This document shows, piece after piece, positions 59,325 to 64,000 of a stretch of 64,000 nucleotides of DNA. Position 1 is the stretch's first letter. Every line of letters begins with the position of its first letter. This DNA is from Polyangiales bacterium. Its GTDB lineage: Bacteria > Myxococcota_A > Polyangia > Polyangiales > Ga0077539. Made by a program: the position numbers and the translations under genes. Where the stretch lies: the NCBI GenBank assembly GCA_044229975.1, contig JBGARZ010000003.1, positions 416,001-480,000 on the forward strand, in the 5' to 3' direction. The notes under the pieces are model-generated. The model had not been told where the DNA came from. It was given only the letters and a program-made list of their open reading frames with translations, and did not search any database.

Positions 59325-60338
59325 TCAGCGAGCGGGCTTCGGGTGGGCGAGCAGCCAGTCGAGCGCGAGCGTCGACCACTGCCCGTTGAGCGCCGGGAGG
59401 TGCGCGCCGCCCGTGATGGTCCAGAGCTCGGCCGCGCCGCCCATGCAGCCGTCGTGGCGCTCGACGCGGGTCTCGGCGCCCGCGAGGGCGGTGTCGAGGT
59501 CGATCGAAGACACCATCGTGCGCGTCGTGTTGCAGCGGTTGTTGGTCGCCCAGCGCGCGACGCTGGTGATGGCGCTCGGGTACATGAAGCCCGCGTTGGA
59601 TCCGCCTTCGTAACGGATGGTCATGTCGGCGGTGCCGTGCACCTGGAGCACGGACACGGGCTCGGTCGGCGTGCACAGGCTCGCGGTGTTGTTGGTGGCG
59701 CCCGCGAGGCTCACCACCGCGGCGATGCGGCCCGAGCGATCGCACGCCATCCGGTGCGCCATGAAGCCGCCGTTGGAGTGACCGATGAGGAAGATGCGGC
59801 GCGGGTCGACGGCGTAGCGCGCCGAGACGTCGTCGATGATCGCGTCGAGGTAGCCGACGTCGTCGATGTTGGCGCGGGCGAAGTCGCAGCAGGCGTCGGT
59901 GGCGTTCCAGAAGCGGCGGGCCGACGCGTCGAGGGTGCCGTCGGGGATCGCGTACAGGACGCCCCGGCCGCGCGTGATGCGCGACATGCCGAAGTAGAGG
60001 TCCTGGATGGAGCCCGTGGTGCCGTAGCCATGGAGGAGGATGAGCAGCGGCGCGCCCGTCGGGGCGACCTCGTCGGGCACCACCAGGCGGTATGGGCGCT
60101 CGGCGATGCGGCGCGCGACCGCCTCGGGGACGTCCACCGCGCGGCCCACGTCGACGGGCTCGGGCGGGACGTCTTCCACCACCGGGACATCCACGGCGGT
60201 GCCAGCATCGGGAGTGCGACCGAGGTCGGCGACCGTTCCGACGTCGACGGCGGGGGTGCCGGCGTCGGCGTCGAAGGGTGACTCGGACGAGCAGCCCGCG
60301 GCGACGAGGAGCATGAGGGCGGCGGACGAGAGCTTCAT
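59325..60338 (-). CDS. PHB-depolymerase/LpqC-type esterase lipoprotein
   Basis: Lipobox AAGC, LHGYG, WNATDACC, DDVGY, GHSNG, HGTAD. Confidence 0.88.
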   Translation of the reverse strand: MKLSSAALMLLVAAGCSSESPFDADAGTPAVDVGTVADLGRTPDAGTAVDVPVVEDVPPEPVDVGRAVDVPEAVARRIAERPYRLVVPDEVAPTGAPLLILLHGYGTTGSIQDLYFGMSRITRGRGVLYAIPDGTLDASARRFWNATDACCDFARANIDDVGYLDAIIDDVSARYAVDPRRIFLIGHSNGGFMAHRMACDRSGRIAAVVSLAGATNNTASLCTPTEPVSVLQVHGTADMTIRYEGGSNAGFMYPSAITSVARWATNNRCNTTRTMVSSIDLDTALAGAETRVERHDGCMGGAAELWTITGGAHLPALNGQWSTLALDWLLAHPKPAR

Positions 60339-60364
60339 GGGCGGCGAATCCTTGGCGCGAGGCG

Positions 60365-62194
60365 TCAGTGGGAGTGGTTGTGATGCGAGGTGTCGTCGAC
60401 GGGGCTCATGGTCGCGAGCCACGCCCGGGGACCAAGACGGAGAACGGTACCCGCAAGCAGCAGCGCCAGCACCACCGCCGCGCCCCATTCCCAGGCGTGG
60501 TGGTCGTGCGCCGCGAGCGTGTGGATCTCCGGCAGCGTCGCCGCCGAGACGAAGCGGTTGGCGAAGAACCCGAGCGCGATGGCGCCCACGAGCGACGCCG
60601 CCGCGAAGCTCCACGCGACGCGCGCGCCGAGGCTGCGACGGAGCATTCCCCACGCGGCCACGTTGGTCGCCGGACCCACGAGGAGAAACGCCAGCGCCGC
60701 GCCGGGTGACAGGCCCTTGTGGACCATCATCGCGGCGAGCGGCGTGGCCCCTTGGGCACACACGTAGATCGGAACCGCGGCGAGAGCCATGAGGGCTACG
60801 TCCCACCCGCCGACGAAGCGCGCGAAGGTCGACGGCGCGACGGCGGCTTCGAAGGCCGCGGCGAGGACGAGGCCGAAGACGTACCAGGCCGCGACGTGAT
60901 CGAGGCTCTCGCTCGCGGCCCGCAGCACGCCAGTCAGCGAGCGTTCGGGCGGGGGTGGCGCCTCGTCGGGCTTCGGCGCGGCGTGGGGGCGAGCCGGCGC
61001 AGTGAGCAGGCCGTGGCGCCGAACCACCTTCGGGGGAATGCGCAGCGGGACGCGCTTCGCCACGGCCGCGACGATCAGGGCCACGACCAGCGCGAGCACC
61101 GCGCCCGCGAGCACCCGCGTGACGGCGAGCGGCGCGCCCAGCAGGCGCCACGAGAGCACGAGGCCGCCCACGTCGAGCTCGGCGGTCGCCACGAGGAAGG
61201 CCGTCACCGCCGCCACCGGAACCGACGCGCGCAACATCCCCTGCGCCACGGGCACGACGCCGCAGGTACACAAGGGCAGCGGCATGCCGAAGACCATGCC
61301 GCGCAGCGCCTGCGACAGCGCCCCACCGCCGCGCAGCCACGCCTCGATCTTCGCTGGGAAGACGGTGCGCAGCGCGCCCGCCGCGAGCACACCGAGGAGC
61401 ATCGACGGGGCCGTCTCGATGAAGAGCGGCACCAGCGCAGCCTGCACCGAGAGCTCGGCGGGGTGGGCCAGCCGCAGGAGACCGCCAGGGTCAGGGATGG
61501 CCAAAGCCAGCGCGACACCACCGAGGAAGGCCGCGCCCGCGAATCCTCGGGCCACGCCGTTGGGCGGCGGCGGAGCGTGCGAGTGCATCGCGAGGCGGAG
61601 CATCGCCCCCACGCCCAGGGCGAGCGCTCCATCGAAGAGCTCTTCGGGGATGGCGTCGAGCAGCACCTGACCGAGCGCCGCGCCGACCACCGTCGAGAGC
61701 GCGAGCGCGAAGAGGGCCACCGTCGTCTTGCGGGCGCCCGATCGCGGCAGCATCGACGACGCGATGAAGAGCCCCTCGGGCATGCGGTGCAGGATGAGCG
61801 CCGCCGCGAGGCTCACCCCCACGCCGCGAGAAGAGAGCGCCACCGCGAGGGCCGCGCCGTCGCTCATGCCGTGGAGCGCGAGCATGGGGACGAGCAGACC
61901 GGCGCCAGCGCCCGCCTCAGGGTGGAAGGGGTGCGCGGCGGCGTGGTTGCTCGCGTGCGTCCGGCGATCGACCCACCAAAGGGCGCCGTACGCGGCGGCG
62001 GCGAGGACGATGGCGCGCGCACCGAGCGATCCCATCGCGTGGGGCAACATCTGGAGCGCCAGCACCGCTGGAACAAACCCCAGGCAAAACCCATCGAGGG
62101 CCGCCGAGGCAAGGGCCTGGCGGCGTCCGAGGGTGACCAGGGCCGCGCCGAGGAGCAGGCCGATCACGGAGAGCGCAAGCGCGGGGAGCAGCAC
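60365..62194 (-). CDS. Permease: ZIP-like N-terminal domain fused to an ArsP/DUF318 domain
   Basis: LHGMSDG and LHRMPEG (ZIP TM4/5-like); PLCTCGVVP, YVCAQGATP, GPATN (ArsP-like); His-rich C-terminus. Confidence 0.75.
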   Translation of the reverse strand: MLLPALALSVIGLLLGAALVTLGRRQALASAALDGFCLGFVPAVLALQMLPHAMGSLGARAIVLAAAAYGALWWVDRRTHASNHAAAHPFHPEAGAGAGLLVPMLALHGMSDGAALAVALSSRGVGVSLAAALILHRMPEGLFIASSMLPRSGARKTTVALFALALSTVVGAALGQVLLDAIPEELFDGALALGVGAMLRLAMHSHAPPPPNGVARGFAGAAFLGGVALALAIPDPGGLLRLAHPAELSVQAALVPLFIETAPSMLLGVLAAGALRTVFPAKIEAWLRGGGALSQALRGMVFGMPLPLCTCGVVPVAQGMLRASVPVAAVTAFLVATAELDVGGLVLSWRLLGAPLAVTRVLAGAVLALVVALIVAAVAKRVPLRIPPKVVRRHGLLTAPARPHAAPKPDEAPPPPERSLTGVLRAASESLDHVAAWYVFGLVLAAAFEAAVAPSTFARFVGGWDVALMALAAVPIYVCAQGATPLAAMMVHKGLSPGAALAFLLVGPATNVAAWGMLRRSLGARVAWSFAAASLVGAIALGFFANRFVSAATLPEIHTLAAHDHHAWEWGAAVVLALLLAGTVLRLGPRAWLATMSPVDDTSHHNHSH

Positions 62195-62202
62195 CGATCA
62201 GT

Positions 62203-62658
62203 TCACGCGCAGCGGTCGCAGAGGCCCTTGACCTGGATCTCCACCGTGCCGCCCTTGAGCGACTTGGGGAGGCCGCGGCCACCGGTGACATGGACGGTGT
62301 CGAGCGGCAGGCACTGCACCTCGCCGCAGTCGCCGCAGACGAAGTGCGGGTGCCTCGCGTCGGCGTGCTCGTCGCTCTTGCTCTCGCGGGCCAGCTCGAA
62401 TCGCCAGACGTGATCGCCCACGTCGGTGCGCTGCACCAACTTGGCCTCGGTGAGGTCGGTGAGGTTGCGGTAGATGGTCGCGCGGTCCCACCCCTGCGAA
62501 GCCAGCGTCGCCGCGAGCTCGGCGTGCGTCACCGGCGCCTGCGCGCCCTGGAGCTGCTGGATCACCGCCACCCGCGGCGCCGTCACCCGCAGACCCGTCG
62601 CCCGTATCCGGTCACGGATCTCGTCCGCAGTGTGGGTCACTGCCCTTCGCACCGTCAT
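62203..62658 (-). CDS. Fur-family regulator (Zur-like)
   Basis: GLRVTAPR, DRATIYRNL, HPHFVCGDCG, GLCDRC. Confidence 0.92.
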   Translation of the reverse strand: MTVRRAVTHTADEIRDRIRATGLRVTAPRVAVIQQLQGAQAPVTHAELAATLASQGWDRATIYRNLTDLTEAKLVQRTDVGDHVWRFELARESKSDEHADARHPHFVCGDCGEVQCLPLDTVHVTGGRGLPKSLKGGTVEIQVKGLCDRCA

Positions 62659-62680
62659 CAACCTCACCTCGGCCGTGATG

Positions 62681-64000
62681 CTACTGCAATTCCGTCGCAA
62701 TCGAAACACGCCTTCGACGGCGCATCGCGAGCGCGGCCAGGGCGAGCGCCCACGGTGCACCGACCGCGCGTGTGCCGCCGACGTGGCAGCCACAGTCACT
62801 GACCACGGGAGGACGCACGACGCCCGCATCGATGGGAGCGGTGCCTGCGTCGATGGGGGCGGTGCCCGTGTCGACGACGACGGGGCGATCGGTGACGGGC
62901 GCGGCGACATCGGTCGCGACGGTCGCGTCGGTGCGGGTGCCTGCGTCGGGGCGACGCGGCGGTTCGAGCGTGGAGCGGAAGCCGGCCCACCGGTCGGAGC
63001 AGATGGACGTTCCGGCGGAGGGGGTGGCGCAGACGGGCGGACCGAGGACGTCCTCGAAGCGAAGGACTCCCTCGAAGTGTTCGCCTCCATCCATGGAGCG
63101 ACCGAGCGCCCATGGTTGGGAGGTCCAGTCGGTGACGATCCAGAGGGCGCCGCCGTGGTAGCGCAGGCCGTTGACGGGGATGGTCGAGACCTGGGTGAAG
63201 TGCATCCCTCGGTCGGTCGAGCGGTAGAGTCCGTCCTCGGCCGAGCCGTACCAGACCGTGGCCCCGTCGTCGGAGATGGCGAAGCCGAGCATCGGGTCGG
63301 GGAGGCGAGCGACGATGTCGAAGTGGGTTCCGCCGTCGCTGCTACGGAGCAGGCGCGTGGCGAAGACGTCGAGCACGCGGAGGTACACGACGTCGGCGTC
63401 GGTGGGGTCGATGCCGGAGACGAAGGCGCGGTCGCCGAGGGACTGGTCGGGCGAGAGGCCGCGGAGGGTCACGCCGCGGTCGTCGCTCCGAACGAGTCGC
63501 GGAGTCTGCGACGCGGTGGTGTCGTACCCGGTGGCGTAGACGCGATCGGTGCGCGAGGGGGCGACCTCCAGCGTGACGAAGAGGAGGCGTTCGAGCCCTT
63601 CGCCCATGCGCTGGAAGGAGAGCGTTGTGTCAGCGCGGAGCACATAGGCACGCGAGCCCGTGGTGCTCTCGGTCGCGTAGAGGACGTTGCCGTCGGGGGT
63701 GCTGGTGAGGTCGGTGATCTCGTGGCCGGAGACGCTGCCGAGGTTGGGTGAGTCGCAGCCGTCCGTGAGCGCGTGGGCGCCGACCTCGAAGCCGACGACG
63801 ATCTCGCCGTTGGCGTTGATCTCGACGGAGGGGTCGAGGTTTCCGCCCGGGATGTAGTCGTAATAGAGCAGGTCTTCGCAGAACCAATAGAAGGTGCGCC
63901 CGCCGTCGCGGCTCACCAGCAGGCCGAAGGTGGTGCGCAGCGCGATGATGTCCGAGCGGACGCCGGGGCCGAGGACGACCTGCTGCGCCGTGGGGAAGCG
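62681..64000 (-). CDS. BNR/Asp-box beta-propeller surface protein with a MYXO-CTERM-like tail (5'-truncated)
   Basis: Repeated S.DGG..F motifs, DAG linker, C-terminal CGC..G...ALALAALAMRRRRR. Confidence 0.85.
   Translation of the reverse strand, partial: RFPTAQQVVLGPGVRSDIIALRTTFGLLVSRDGGRTFYWFCEDLLYYDYIPGGNLDPSVEINANGEIVVGFEVGAHALTDGCDSPNLGSVSGHEITDLTSTPDGNVLYATESTTGSRAYVLRADTTLSFQRMGEGLERLLFVTLEVAPSRTDRVYATGYDTTASQTPRLVRSDDRGVTLRGLSPDQSLGDRAFVSGIDPTDADVVYLRVLDVFATRLLRSSDGGTHFDIVARLPDPMLGFAISDDGATVWYGSAEDGLYRSTDRGMHFTQVSTIPVNGLRYHGGALWIVTDWTSQPWALGRSMDGGEHFEGVLRFEDVLGPPVCATPSAGTSICSDRWAGFRSTLEPPRRPDAGTRTDATVATDVAAPVTDRPVVVDTGTAPIDAGTAPIDAGVVRPPVVSDCGCHVGGTRAVGAPWALALAALAMRRRRRVSIATELQ
62685..62699. 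promoter_or_regulatory. Second, imperfect TGCAA-N5-TTGCA box upstream of the Fur-family gene
   Basis: TGCAATTCCGTCGCA (9/10 match), 26 bp from ATG 62658. Confidence 0.5.

Overview
Very GC-rich bacterial DNA. The gene content (CarD/CdnL, a MYXO-CTERM-like tail, many lipoproteins with Asp-Ala-Gly linkers) suggests Myxococcota, probably Polyangiales; that taxonomy is inference. Left (1-17.6 kb): cinA-thpR-recA, carD/cdnL, glycosylation genes, moaB-moeA-moaD, a GH31 lipoprotein, and a divergent inositol/CDP-alcohol lipid cluster (ino1, MFS, CDP-alcohol phosphotransferase, NTP transferase, and an NTP-transferase/PLP-enzyme fusion). Centre (17.8-35.4 kb): a complete type I-E CRISPR-Cas locus on the minus strand (cas3-cas8e-cas11-cas7-cas5-cas6e-cas1-cas2). 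Its array has 59 repeats that look identical by eye (29 bp) and 32-bp spacers. The array is split at a repeat/spacer junction by a 3,647-bp IS-like element with TG..CA imperfect inverted repeats and a 6-bp target duplication (CCTACT). This element encodes two different DDE transposase-like proteins. An orphan gene and a 43-bp-period hairpin repeat sit where the leader should be. Right (35.7-64 kb): bamA, a GAF histidine kinase, a coupled GTPase + Hsp70/actin-fold ATPase + unknown-protein module (SrfC/SrfB-like), hydrolases, an M1 peptidase, and a probable Zur-type metal-uptake region with two candidate TGCAA-N5-TTGCA boxes. All protein calls come from motifs read by eye, and no database searches were run.
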